Source: an uncultured Actinomycetota bacterium (lineage in GTDB: Bacteria; Actinomycetota; Acidimicrobiia; Acidimicrobiales; RAAP-2). Taken from it: 64,000 bases of DNA. Below are positions 42,657 through 52,338 of this stretch, piece after piece (the stretch's first letter is position 1; every line of letters starts with the position of its first letter). Below the pieces are notes generated by a model. The model worked only from the letters and a program-made list of their open reading frames with translations. It ran no database searches and had not been told where the DNA came from. Position numbers and translations under genes: made by a program. The stretch lies in contig CAWCEX010000010.1 in assembly GCA_963794755.1 (NCBI GenBank), positions 617,621 through 681,620 of the forward strand, read 5' to 3'.

Positions 42657-45062
42657 CGCGACAGGCGTAGGACGAACCCACGCCGCTGTGCTCGTCAGAT
42701 TCTGAGTGCTGCCGTCACTGTAAGTACCGGTAGCCGTGAATTGTTGGTTATTGCCAAGCACGATTGAGGGTTTGCTGGGTGTGGCGGAAATGGACACTAA
42801 CACTGGTGAAGGTTTGTTTATCACTGCCGTCGTCGACCCGCTTATTGCCCCTAGCCCACCGGTTATCGTTGCCGAGCCTTGCCCGGAACCGGTGGCATAA
42901 CCGGAACCATTAATATTGACAATCGCCGTGTTGGATGACGACCACATGACAGAGCTTGTCAAGTTCGCCGTGCAGCCTCCAGTGTAGGTGCCAGTTGCGG
43001 TGAATTGCAGATTGCCGCCGATTGTAATCGCAGGACCGGACGGCGTAACCGCTATGGACAACAGTTGGGTAATGCACCCAACGATCAGAGTGGTGTTTGC
43101 AGAAACCGAACCCTTTGCCGCTGTGATCGTCGTTAAACCCATGCCGGAGCTGGTAGCGAGACCCTGCGAGCCCGTGCTGTTGCTGATAACGGCTACAGTC
43201 GCGGACGAACTGGTCCAGGTAACATTCGTGGTGATGCGTTGCGTGCTCTGGTCGGAGTAGGTGCCCGTCGCGGTGAATTGCTGTGAGGTCCCCAGTGCGA
43301 TCGCCGGATTTTGCGGAGTGATGCTGATAGTGACCAACGCCGGTGGGGTGATCGTCAGAGAAGCCGTGCCCGACACGCTGCCGGAGGTCGCGCTAATAGT
43401 TGTCGAGCCTACTGCAACGCTGGTGGAAAGGCCCACGGTCCCAGTGGCATTGCTTATGGTGGACACGGTACCGGCCGAAGAACCCCAGTAGACTGAGGAC
43501 GTCAGGTCGTGCGTGGTGCCGTCGGCGTAATTACCTGTCGACGTAAACGCTTGCGTTGTTCCCAACGGAATGAGAGCAGTTGCAGGCTTGATCTTGATCG
43601 AAACCAATGCCGCCGCTGTGACCGTCAGTGTCGTCGTCCCACTGATATTCCCGACCTTAGCGATAATGGTCGTACTGCCGGTCGCGGCGCTGTGCGCCAA
43701 GCCTGTGGAATCCACGGTTGCAACTGTCGATACGCTTGAACTCCAACTTGCAGTACTCGTCAGATTCCGGGTAGTCGAGTCCGTGTACATTCCTGTTGCC
43801 GTGAACTGCTGGCTCGTCCCGACAGATGCTATGGATGGATTAGCTGGAGTAATGGCGATCGAGTCCAACACTGCTGTTGTGATGGTCAAGATGGTCGAGC
43901 CGGAGACTGATCCTGAAGTCGCGGTGATGTTCGTCGTTCCCGTGGCAAGACTGCTTGCGAGCCCACTCGTTCCGGTGCTGTTGCTTATTGTGGCGACCAT
44001 CGCGGCCGATGAACTCCATTGCACCGTGGTAGTGAGATTTTGCGTGGTGTGATCGGTGAACGTACCCGTGGCTGCAAACTGCTGATCTGTACCGAGCGGA
44101 GTGGATGGGATGGCTGGCGTGATCGCAATGGACACTAGCTGCGCCGGTGAGACGGTGAGGGTTGTCGATTCCGTAACTGTGCCGGACATTGCAGATATCG
44201 TTGTGACGCCGACAGTGGCACTAGTTACGACCCCCGCCGCGGAAATCAAAGCGACCGCGCCAGCGGACGAACCCCAAGTAACAGCAGAGGTTAGGTTTTG
44301 AGTGCTGCCGTCGCTGAATGTCCCCGTCGCCATGAGCTTCTGGGTCGTACCGAGGGCAATCAGGCTATTCGCCGGAGTAATCGCAATCGACTGGAGCACA
44401 GCAGGCAGTACTGTTAACGACACAGAGTTCGCGGTGATCGAACCTGTCGAAGCAGTGATGCTTGTCCTTCCGTCTCCCCCGCTTTGGGCCAGGCCCACAG
44501 CATTGATTGTGGCTACGGACGGAGCGGAGGAAGTCCAGGTTACAAGGCTAGTAACGTTCTGGGCGGAACCGCCGGTAAAGGTACCGGTTGCCTCAAACTG
44601 TTGTGTTGTTCCGAGCTGGATTGATGCGCTCGCCGGTGTAACCGACAGGCCCTCCAGCGCCGCGGGCGTGACCGTCAGCGTCGTTTGTCCCGATACTCCC
44701 CCTGCCGAAGCGGTGATCGTCGTGATGCCAACCTCACTCGCAGTGCCCATACTCATACCTGATGGGTCACTCGTTACTATGCCGGGAGTCGACGAGGTCC
44801 AAATTGCAGTTGTGGTTAGGTTCCGTGTGCTGCCATCAGAGTATGTTCCGGTTGCCGCAAACTGCCGCGTCGTATGCAATGGCATCACGGCATTGGACGG
44901 GGTGATAGCAATTGAAACCAAAGTAGGTGCAGGCCTGTGACGCATAGCGAAGTCGAGACTGGCCGGAGCTGCGGAGACCTGCGCTGTGGAAACTTGCGCT
45001 GTGGCGCAAATCAAAAACAGAGCCGAGGCAAATAGCGACAACGTGATCCGATAGCGAAACAT
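42630..45062 (-). CDS. Secreted bacterial Ig-like (Big_2) repeat protein, 3' end truncated
   Basis: Signal peptide, then 8 complete ~90-aa repeats (L.SIAITP..QQF.ATGT..DG...W.SS..VATI..GL..T.I.A..G..T.LTVT) and a ninth broken at the inverted repeat. Confidence 0.88.
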   Translation of the reverse strand: MFRYRITLSLFASALFLICATAQVSTAQVSAAPASLDFAMRHRPAPTLVSIAITPSNAVMPLHTTRQFAATGTYSDGSTRNLTTTAIWTSSTPGIVTSDPSGMSMGTASEVGITTITASAGGVSGQTTLTVTPAALEGLSVTPASASIQLGTTQQFEATGTFTGGSAQNVTSLVTWTSSAPSVATINAVGLAQSGGDGRTSITASTGSITANSVSLTVLPAVLQSIAITPANSLIALGTTQKLMATGTFSDGSTQNLTSAVTWGSSAGAVALISAAGVVTSATVGVTTISAMSGTVTESTTLTVSPAQLVSIAITPAIPSTPLGTDQQFAATGTFTDHTTQNLTTTVQWSSSAAMVATISNSTGTSGLASSLATGTTNITATSGSVSGSTILTITTAVLDSIAITPANPSIASVGTSQQFTATGMYTDSTTRNLTSTASWSSSVSTVATVDSTGLAHSAATGSTTIIAKVGNISGTTTLTVTAAALVSIKIKPATALIPLGTTQAFTSTGNYADGTTHDLTSSVYWGSSAGTVSTISNATGTVGLSTSVAVGSTTISATSGSVSGTASLTITPPALVTISITPQNPAIALGTSQQFTATGTYSDQSTQRITTNVTWTSSSATVAVISNSTGSQGLATSSGMGLTTITAAKGSVSANTTLIVGCITQLLSIAVTPSGPAITIGGNLQFTATGTYTGGCTANLTSSVMWSSSNTAIVNINGSGYATGSGQGSATITGGLGAISGSTTAVINKPSPVLVSISATPSKPSIVLGNNQQFTATGTYSDGSTQNLTSTAAWVRPTPVAVATTQYYS

Positions 45063-45828
45063 AACTGCACCTCTTCTAACAGGAATAATTCTCCAACCTA
45101 CATATGGCAGCGTACTGAGCTATATTGCACGGTGCCGACAGATATGTTCGCCGTGCCTGGCAATTGCGACCAAAGTAGGACAGATTGCGACGGCCACTAG
45201 CCAGTTTGGTGTCTGGTGTTCCAGATGGGGCCCTTGGGGATGAGATAACAGAGGCAGCAGAGGTAGTTCGTAGTTGCGCTTAACCGGGAGACAGCCCGTT
45301 GAATATTTTGTACTAAACTAAGAAACACTGCAGTTCGGGTTTAAGGGTTATTACATTTGTAACTCCGTGGCTTGCCGAGGTCTGAGCTGCGCTGACCATT
45401 CGTTGAAACTTCTCGGACACACCTCGGGCGGGGGAGTTTAGGTGGGAATCAGATGGGGATACTTCAGTATGGAAAGTTCAACTACCTTGAGGAGCAGCCC
45501 TTTGAAACGGCTGCCGAGTGTGCGGAAAAGCGCCCGGTGTTTCTGCTGTTGTTTCAGTAGATGCTGTCTTGCCCGCAGAATGTGAGCAACCTTGACCATT
45601 TGTAACATTTTTCTGGCTTATTCGCTCAGCCCCATCCTCGCTGACCATTACGGACACCCAGTTGAATACTGGACTGGGTGTTGCTCTTCGCCGCGATCAT
45701 TGCGGGTGAAGTTGCAATTGGGTTCGTAATAAATACTCGGCTAGAGACCATTTCACCGCCGATTGAAAAGAAAGTCCGCCATGCCGGCTGTCTTTTCGGC
45801 AAACTCGACGAAACCGAGGATACCATGC

Positions 45829-46086
45829 TCATACATCGTCTGGCCTCCACAGCCTGAAACGCGGGTCATCGGTATACCTCTCGTCATACTTCTGGTTTGC
45901 TGTCTTCCAATCTGCCATCTGCATTGGCCTTTCGTCTTGCAGTCTGAACAGCTTTTCCAATTTCTTTATCGCAGCGATCTTCCGCTTTCCGGCTCTGCAA
46001 TCTAAAACCAGCAGCGATCTTTTATCAGGCAGTCTAAAGAGCTTTTCCAACCACTTTATTTCGGCAATGATCCTTTCGGCGTTCAT
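45829..46086 (-). CDS. Small hypothetical protein with internal duplication
   Basis: IAEIKWLEKLFRLPDKR / IAAIKKLEKLFRLQDER. Confidence 0.55.
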   Translation of the reverse strand: MNAERIIAEIKWLEKLFRLPDKRSLLVLDCRAGKRKIAAIKKLEKLFRLQDERPMQMADWKTANQKYDERYTDDPRFRLWRPDDV

Positions 46087-46277
46087 ATTGTTGCCTCACT
46101 TCGTTACCGCGCTCCGTGATAGAACCTGCGAAGACGGAAGTCTGAGCACACTAGACAGCTTCGGCCTTTTAGGATGCTGCCTTGTACTCTCTTCTGATAC
46201 AAACCTTTCTGGGCGGAAAAGTTGCAGGTTTCATTGGCACAGCTCTTGCTGGTAGGCCATCCAACCAAACAAAGCAA

Positions 46278-46305
46278 AGCCCCCCAGCCCGTCCGGCTGA
46301 GGGGC
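46278..46305 (-). terminator. Terminator-like hairpin
   Basis: AGCCCCCAGCC-CGTCC-GGCTGAGGGGCT with a T-rich tail on the minus strand. Confidence 0.45.
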
Positions 46306-46675
46306 TAAACACTTCTACCGGCGACTATTTAACGCGGCCGTATTCACGCCCCGCCTTACGCCAAATCTGTAGCTATACGATTTTGCATACCCCACGCCAA
46401 CGCGCCCCGAAATACACCGCGGGCGGATAAACATAGCCGGGACCGCGAGGTGAGTTACTTGGAGTACGATGGGTTTTTGAGAGAAGTGGGGCGGCCCTCC
46501 GCGTCCTTGTCCTGCATCTTTGGCCATGGCTTTGAGCAACCTTGACCATTCCAGCACTTGCTTCCTGCTACGCCCTTTTCCTTTGAGATACCATTGCAAC
46601 GCTACAGTGCGAAGCGGCAGAGCTGTTATGCTCCGCCGCTTCAGATTCGCGCTTCGCCAAATTCAGCAGCAAGGG

Positions 46676-47239
46676 TTAGTGGCGTCCACCACCACCATGT
46701 GAGCCACCACCGCCACTATGACCGCCACTGGCATGCCCCCCACCATGAGAGCCACCACCAGCGTGCGAACCGCCACCGCCACCGCGAGAACCGCCACCGC
46801 TACGCGCAGCTACGGTGTGGGTGCCGCCACCGTGATACCCACCGCCACGACTAGAGCGTAGTCCCGATGAGCCTCGTCCACCGCCGTATCCTCGGCCGCC
46901 GCCGTATCCGCCTCTGGCGACATACCTTCCTCCACCACCACCGCCGAAGCGATGACCACCCCAGCCGTGGCTATATCCCCAATTCCCCCACGGGCCCACG
47001 CCTAGGAAGATGCCGTTATAGAAATAGCCCGGCCCATAGAAACCCATGGGTGCGCAGCCATACGGTGAGTAGTCATAGTAGCCATAGGTACATACTGGCG
47101 GATTTACGCTGATAATAACTTGCGCGTTGGCCTTTGGCACTACGACCAGGGATGCGAATAAAGCTGTTGTACCGATCAGAAGCAGACTGTTCATTGCAAA
47201 CTTGTGAGCCCAAAAAGCTGCACGCTTGACTTGCCACAT
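46676..47239 (-). CDS. Secreted Tyr/Gly-rich protein with a Gly/His/Arg low-complexity tail
   Basis: GAGG RBS, signal peptide ending ANA-Q, PPVCTYGYYDYSPYGCAP, GG-rich tail. Confidence 0.75.
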   Translation of the reverse strand: MWQVKRAAFWAHKFAMNSLLLIGTTALFASLVVVPKANAQVIISVNPPVCTYGYYDYSPYGCAPMGFYGPGYFYNGIFLGVGPWGNWGYSHGWGGHRFGGGGGGRYVARGGYGGGRGYGGGRGSSGLRSSRGGGYHGGGTHTVAARSGGGSRGGGGGSHAGGGSHGGGHASGGHSGGGGSHGGGGRH

Positions 47240-47340
47240 TTTGTTTCCTCTTTATTGTCCGAAGGGCTTTTGATGTAGCGTTCCAGAATCACACGCTCGA
47301 TAACAGCCACCAATCTTCGGAACCGACTTTCTTCTTTAGG

Positions 47341-47466
47341 CTACGGCCTGATGACGACGGTAGTGTGATGGTGATGATGATGGCGATGGTGTCTTGCGGC
47401 GAATGCTGGCATTGCCGCGCTCAGCAGCAGAACACAACTCAGTAAAGCGATCATTGACTTTTTCAA
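47341..47466 (-). CDS. Secreted His-rich micropeptide (41 aa; below the ORF-track cutoff)
   Basis: GGAGA RBS, TTG start, MKKSMIALLSCVLLLSAAMPAFA-ARHHRHHHHHTTVVIRP*. Confidence 0.7.
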   Translation of the reverse strand: MKKSMIALLSCVLLLSAAMPAFAARHHRHHHHHHTTVVIRP

Positions 47467-47734
47467 TGTATTTCTCCGGCGAACGTCCTTAGGAGCATTC
47501 AGCCTCTAGCAGCTTCAGTATTCCAACACTCAACGTACTACGCTGAGCAATCCGATACAGTCGCGGCAAGTTATCGAAATAAATGTTCACAGGCAGGAGA
47601 ATTCCGCAGCGGCGCCTGATTAACATTTAGTCTGAGAGCAGAACAATTCAAGACATCCAAGATCGCGGATCGACGGGGCGAGTATTCGCATGCTGCCATG
47701 CGGAGCACTTAAATTGGTGATAGGCTCCCCTGTC

Positions 47735-47998
47735 ATGAAGCCCGTGGAGCGGGAATTCGTTACTCTGCCGGAACTGCGTCGGGGCGACGCTTGCGTTATG
47801 ACTGTGGAGCGAGGTGCCTATTTGCGCGTGAAGGTCGTGGGCGTCAAGCCAATCAAAAACATCCTGCTCTACACCCCCACGATTCTCAGGACAGTATCGA
47901 CAACTGAATTCGTTGCCGCGGGCGAGGATGTGTACGCATGCGCTTTCCCGCCTAGCAAACTATTCGAACGGGTCTTTCTTGAGGGCGAAGATAATTAG
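47735..47998 (+). CDS. Small hypothetical protein
   Basis: Beta-rich 87-aa ORF; no family recognised. Confidence 0.4.
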   Translation: MKPVEREFVTLPELRRGDACVMTVERGAYLRVKVVGVKPIKNILLYTPTILRTVSTTEFVAAGEDVYACAFPPSKLFERVFLEGEDN

Positions 47999-48099
47999 CT
48001 CCGTAGGCAGCAGGATTACCAGTGCTCCGTGTACAACGGGCTCACAGCAGAAGGCGATCATACCCCTCACGTTGGAACTCACCCGCAATCAGTCAGGCT

Positions 48100-48297
48100 T
48101 CACGCTGCACTCTGTTTGTGACCCTTGCTTCTGACTAGTTCCTTCAGGCGGGAGAACTTATCAGGAGGTAGGGTAGCATGATCGTCGAATCCCAGTTCCG
48201 CGACGAACCTTTGCTCCTCCTCCGTCATTTCGTGCATAAGAATATTCCGCGCTTGCTTGTAGAGGTCATCTACTTCGCTCTGTCGGTCAGATGCCAT
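48100..48297 (-). CDS. Small hypothetical protein
   Basis: GGGAGG RBS; 65 aa, charged and helical. Confidence 0.55.
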   Translation of the reverse strand: MASDRQSEVDDLYKQARNILMHEMTEEEQRFVAELGFDDHATLPPDKFSRLKELVRSKGHKQSAA

Positions 48298-48417
48298 TTG
48301 ACCCTCCCCACTCCCACATTGTTACCATCGTAGTCTTTTGCGGAATACATCGGGCGTTTATTCGCAGGAGAGTTCGCTACAGCTCTCCACGCTTCCACGG
48401 CGTACGGCGGTTTCCAG

Positions 48418-49308
48418 CTAGCAAGATAGGAGATGCTCAAGGTCTGTCAAAAAGGAAGTCGGCGACAAACCCTTCACAGATTGCTTGTCCACACGTTGCA
48501 GGGCCTCTTGGGGAATATCAACATAGGAGGACAACAATAGAATCTTTATGTCGGGGTTGAGGCGTTTCAATTCCGCAGCTACCTGCCCCCCATCCATGCC
48601 CGGCATCGCATAGTCAAGCACAACTGCATCAATCGGATTGGCTTTGAATAATTTAAGGCCTTCGGGGCCGCTCAACGCAGTGAGCACCTCGTAGCCCTTA
48701 TTCCGCAGAATTGCTTTGCGAACCACTAGACCGTTTGGTTCGTCATCAATGCACAAGACCGTGTTATCTCCACTCACCAGAACATTCACCCAGTCGGCTT
48801 CGATGCGGATGTTCCGGTAAAGAAGGTAGGCGAGGAAGCGTTCAGCAAACTTCGGTTTCTGCTGGAGGAGTGTTGCCATTGCTTGTTTGGTCACCCGAAT
48901 GACCATGCTCTGCTGAACCGCGCTGGCGGAGGACAAGCGAAGCGGTTGCCCAGCCAAGCAGCCCTCGCCGAAGAAGCTGGCGTCCGGCATGGTGGCCACT
49001 ACAACTTCTTTGCCACTTTCGGAGACGACCGTGAGCTTCACCTTGCCACTCTGAACATAGAACACCGCGTCTGCCGTGTCTCCCTGTAGGAAAATGAATT
49101 CATCGGTTTGGTATTCCCTGCGAGTGGTTCCGCTCGAAGGATCGGCCAGTATCACGCTCGGATCAAATGTGTCATTGGATTCATCAAGCTCAAGGTTCGC
49201 TGAGCCAGGCACGGCTTCATGAGTCGCGGACAGTTGCAAATCGGCGCTCTTCCTAGTGGCAGTCTCGCGCTGCTTCTTTTGGGCGATGACACTGCGTTTA
49301 CTCTTCAT
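48418..49308 (-). CDS. cNMP-binding (Crp N-terminal) domain fused to a C-terminal receiver domain
   Basis: IFLQGDTADAVFYVQSGKVKL..FFGEGCLAGQPLR, then VLCIDDE..VVLDYAMP..LLLSS; no HTH. Confidence 0.8.
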   Translation of the reverse strand: MKSKRSVIAQKKQRETATRKSADLQLSATHEAVPGSANLELDESNDTFDPSVILADPSSGTTRREYQTDEFIFLQGDTADAVFYVQSGKVKLTVVSESGKEVVVATMPDASFFGEGCLAGQPLRLSSASAVQQSMVIRVTKQAMATLLQQKPKFAERFLAYLLYRNIRIEADWVNVLVSGDNTVLCIDDEPNGLVVRKAILRNKGYEVLTALSGPEGLKLFKANPIDAVVLDYAMPGMDGGQVAAELKRLNPDIKILLLSSYVDIPQEALQRVDKQSVKGLSPTSFLTDLEHLLSC

Positions 49309-49455
49309 GCGGCCTCCGGACTCGTTAGAGCCTATGCGCTGACCTCACACGAAAGATGGTCAATTTTGCTCAGATCTCAGAGGCGTTGTTGCTTGCGAAT
49401 TCCTGTCACCCGGCACTTGTCCAACACAGCCGCCCCTACAGCGCAACCGCAGCGG

Positions 49456-50228
49456 CTAATCGTGGAGCACAACGCTAACCAGTGAGCTGTGGACGTTCAC
49501 CCGCCGCCGTTGTACTCGATGAAGCCCATCTCCCGGAAACGATTCATAAAGAAGCTGACTCGCGAACGGGTCGTGCCGATCATTTCGGCAAGGGTCTCCT
49601 GACTCACTCTCGCGATGAGCGGTATCGGTTTGGACTCCTGCCCGAAGTTGGCCATCAGCAGTAGGAGCCGGGCCAGACGTTTCTCGCTGGAATTGAACAG
49701 GTGATCTACAAGGTCGGCTTCCATGCGGATGTTGATGTTTCGCGAAAGAAGATAGGCTAGAAATTGTTCGGCAAACACCGGCTCCCGATGGAGCAATTCG
49801 ACCATCGCACGCTTTTCGACGCGAACAATCGTGCTCTTCTGGTCGGCGCTAGCCGTGGCCATACGGATCGGTTGTCCCGCCAGGCAGCCCTCGCCGAAGA
49901 AACTGGCTTGCGACAAAATGGCAATCACTGCTTCTTTGCCGCTCTTCGACACCACTGTAAGCTTCACATTGCCGCTCTCGACGTAGAAGACCGCATCCGC
50001 AGCATCCCCTTGATTAAAGACACACTCCTCGGCCAGGTAAACCCGAGCAGTCTTTCCAACGGAGAGTTTCGTTAGCAGAACGTGGGGGTCGAATAAACCA
50101 TCCCTCTCCGGCAGTACCTCTACGGGGCTCAGCCTCTCTTCGGTAGTGGATGCTGGGGGCAAAGACGCGCTCAGCCCGCAGTGAGCCTTGATCTTTTTTA
50201 TCGGGGCAGCGGTGCTCTTGGAGGCCAT
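49456..50228 (-). CDS. Crp/Fnr-family regulator (frameshift near 49497)
   Basis: FFGEGCLAGQP, LFNSSEKRLARLLL, SQETLAEMIGTTRSRVS; tail NVHSSLVSVVLHD* in the shifted frame. Confidence 0.88.
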
Positions 50229-50503
50229 CGGAATATCCCACTCGGACAGTGTATCTAGGGGCTTTTACCGAGCGGACATAGTATAGCCCAACAGCAACTT
50301 GGAACCATGAATGTTCACTTTGGCGCTCCCGAAGTGAAACGGCGGTATATATGGGCCACAGGGATGCATATTCATTTTCCCTGCTCGGGGGAACAGACAG
50401 TGCAGCGATGATCAATTTTGCTCAGATTTAGGGAAAATCATGAGAGTACAAGGGGTGTAGCCTCTAAGCCGCATTGCAAGGCTTACGAGCACGAGGAAAG
50501 ATC

Positions 50504-50719
50504 ATGAAGACGAGCACGGAAGACAAGATGAAGGGTAGCTTCCACGAACTCAAGGGAACAATCAAGGAGCAAGTCGGGAAGGCTACCAACGACCGCAAGT
50601 TGAGAGTCGAAGGGAAAGTTGAAAAGAAGGCCGGAAAGGTTCAGCAGCAGATCGGCCACGCCAAAGATGCTGTGGCAAAGCTAAAAGGCAAGCTTGCGGA
50701 GATCAAGAAAGCTGGATAG
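50504..50719 (+). CDS. CsbD-family general stress protein
   Basis: EDKMKGSFHELKGTIKEQVGKATND..EGKVEKKAGKVQ. Confidence 0.85.
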   Translation: MKTSTEDKMKGSFHELKGTIKEQVGKATNDRKLRVEGKVEKKAGKVQQQIGHAKDAVAKLKGKLAEIKKAG

Positions 50720-50814
50720 GTATTCTTAACGGCTATGGACAAAACGACAACGGGCGGATTTCTTATGGCGGCTCCATTTTTTCGAAGCTACCCGCGTTTT
50801 GAGGAGAGACTCTA

Positions 50815-51486
50815 TTGACCACGGCAAGAGGGGGGCTGGCATACGGGACAGAAGCCGAAGCCATCGAAGGTGCCAAGCAAGGCGATGGCGAGTGCTTGGA
50901 GTTTCTTTATAGCCGCCACAAAAGGCGCGTTTACTCGCTGTGTCTGCGGATGGTTGGCAATATCGATGAAGCGGAGGATGTTACGCAGGAAGTCTTTCTC
51001 CAGCTCTATCGCAAGATTGTAAGCTTTCGTGGCGATTCTTCGTTCGCGACTTGGCTGCATCGCGTTACCGTCAACATCATCCTCATGCGGTTTCGCAAGA
51101 AGGGTCTCATTGAGGTATCCCTTGAAGAGACTCTGGGCTCCACAGAAGATGGTGATCAGAAGAGGGAATTTGGTTCTGAGGATAGGCATCTTGCTGGCTC
51201 CATTGACCGTGTAATTCTGGAGCGTGTCATTGAACGCCTTCCGCCCGGCTATCGCATTACTTTTATTCTGCAGACTCGAGGATGGCAGGCGAGATGCCAA
51301 TTGCTGGGATGCTCCATTAATACCAGTAGATCGCAACTTCACAAGGCGCGGTTGAAATTGCGTGAAGTGCTAGACGTCGCTCGCGCCGAATATAACCGGC
51401 GCAAGTCAACACGTAAAATGAAGACTCAGGACCGGTTGACTATGGCAAGGGAACGTGGCGCAAGAGCTGCGGCCACCGCCGCCTGA
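50815..51486 (+). CDS. ECF sigma-70 factor (RpoE-like)
   Basis: EAEDVTQEVF, FRGDSSFATWLHRVTVN, LPPGYR, SQLHKAR; region 4 locally scrambled. Confidence 0.85.
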   Translation: MTTARGGLAYGTEAEAIEGAKQGDGECLEFLYSRHKRRVYSLCLRMVGNIDEAEDVTQEVFLQLYRKIVSFRGDSSFATWLHRVTVNIILMRFRKKGLIEVSLEETLGSTEDGDQKREFGSEDRHLAGSIDRVILERVIERLPPGYRITFILQTRGWQARCQLLGCSINTSRSQLHKARLKLREVLDVARAEYNRRKSTRKMKTQDRLTMARERGARAAATAA

Positions 51487-51705
51487 TTAATTATCCTCTT
51501 TTTCAAGGTAGGCAACACGTCGTCCCGTTGCTGATCATCCTTCACCTGCGCCAAGGCATAAATCGTTTCTTTTGGCCCGACATTCGCATTGTTCCGCTGG
51601 TGTCGAGACATCCTTGCTTTGTTCCTGCTGCAATGCCACAATCCTGCTGAGCGTTCGGAACAAGTCGAACTCTTCCAAGCGTTGTGGAAAGAGCGCATCA
51701 CATCA

Positions 51706-52092
51706 ATGAAACTCGCTCTCGCTCTGTGTGCCGGATTATTAACGATTGCATCCGCTTCAGCACAGGATTCTGGTTTCCGATTCATCACCGCTGGCGTAGC
51801 GCATAGCTGTGTCCTCAATGCCGAGGGTAAAGCATATTGCTGGGGCCGTAACGAGCACGGACAACTTGGAAACCACACAACCGTAGACTCAACGAAGCCT
51901 GTCCCTGTCGATACCACGCTGAAATTCTCGTTTATTACGGCAGGCTATCGGACTACCTGTGGAATTACGAAGGACAACGGCACGGCCTATTGCTGGGGGG
52001 ATAATACGCTGGGTCAGCTTGGAACTTCTGAGCCAACGGAAACTTGCGGGAGCGTATCCTGCCTGACTATTAGTGCCTTTAATAAAATTTGA
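51706..52092 (+). pseudogene. Truncated secreted RCC1-repeat protein
   Basis: Signal peptide plus two repeats (AGVAHSC..AYCWGRNEHGQLG; AYCWGDNTLGQLG), then a premature end. Confidence 0.7.
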
Positions 52093-52338
52093 TGAATTTA
52101 CTATCCGCTAAGGGTAGGCGTGCGTCAGCGCATGGGAATCCGTCTCCACCCATATTGGGCTGTTGATGCCGGAATACCAAGCCACAGCGTGACGGGATTC
52201 GGTGGTACCACCCCCAAGCCTTGCCCTCTACGGATTCAGTTCTACACAGATCAATCTATCTGTCCGCTAGCAGGATGTGTCTCACGTCCCTGGTCGTGCA
52301 GAATCGGTCTTTTCTTGTGTGCCGGAAAGTGAGTGGTT

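Noticed and set aside
45439-45609. Possible 56-aa ORF MLQMVKVAHILRARQHLLKQQQKHR... on the minus strand
   Set aside because: No recognisable family and a weak RBS; insufficient support
51262-51310. Novel shortened region 4 in the ECF sigma factor
   Set aside because: Locally scrambled residues are explained by compensating small deletions within a normal HDVEG..EIA..LG motif, likely sequencing error
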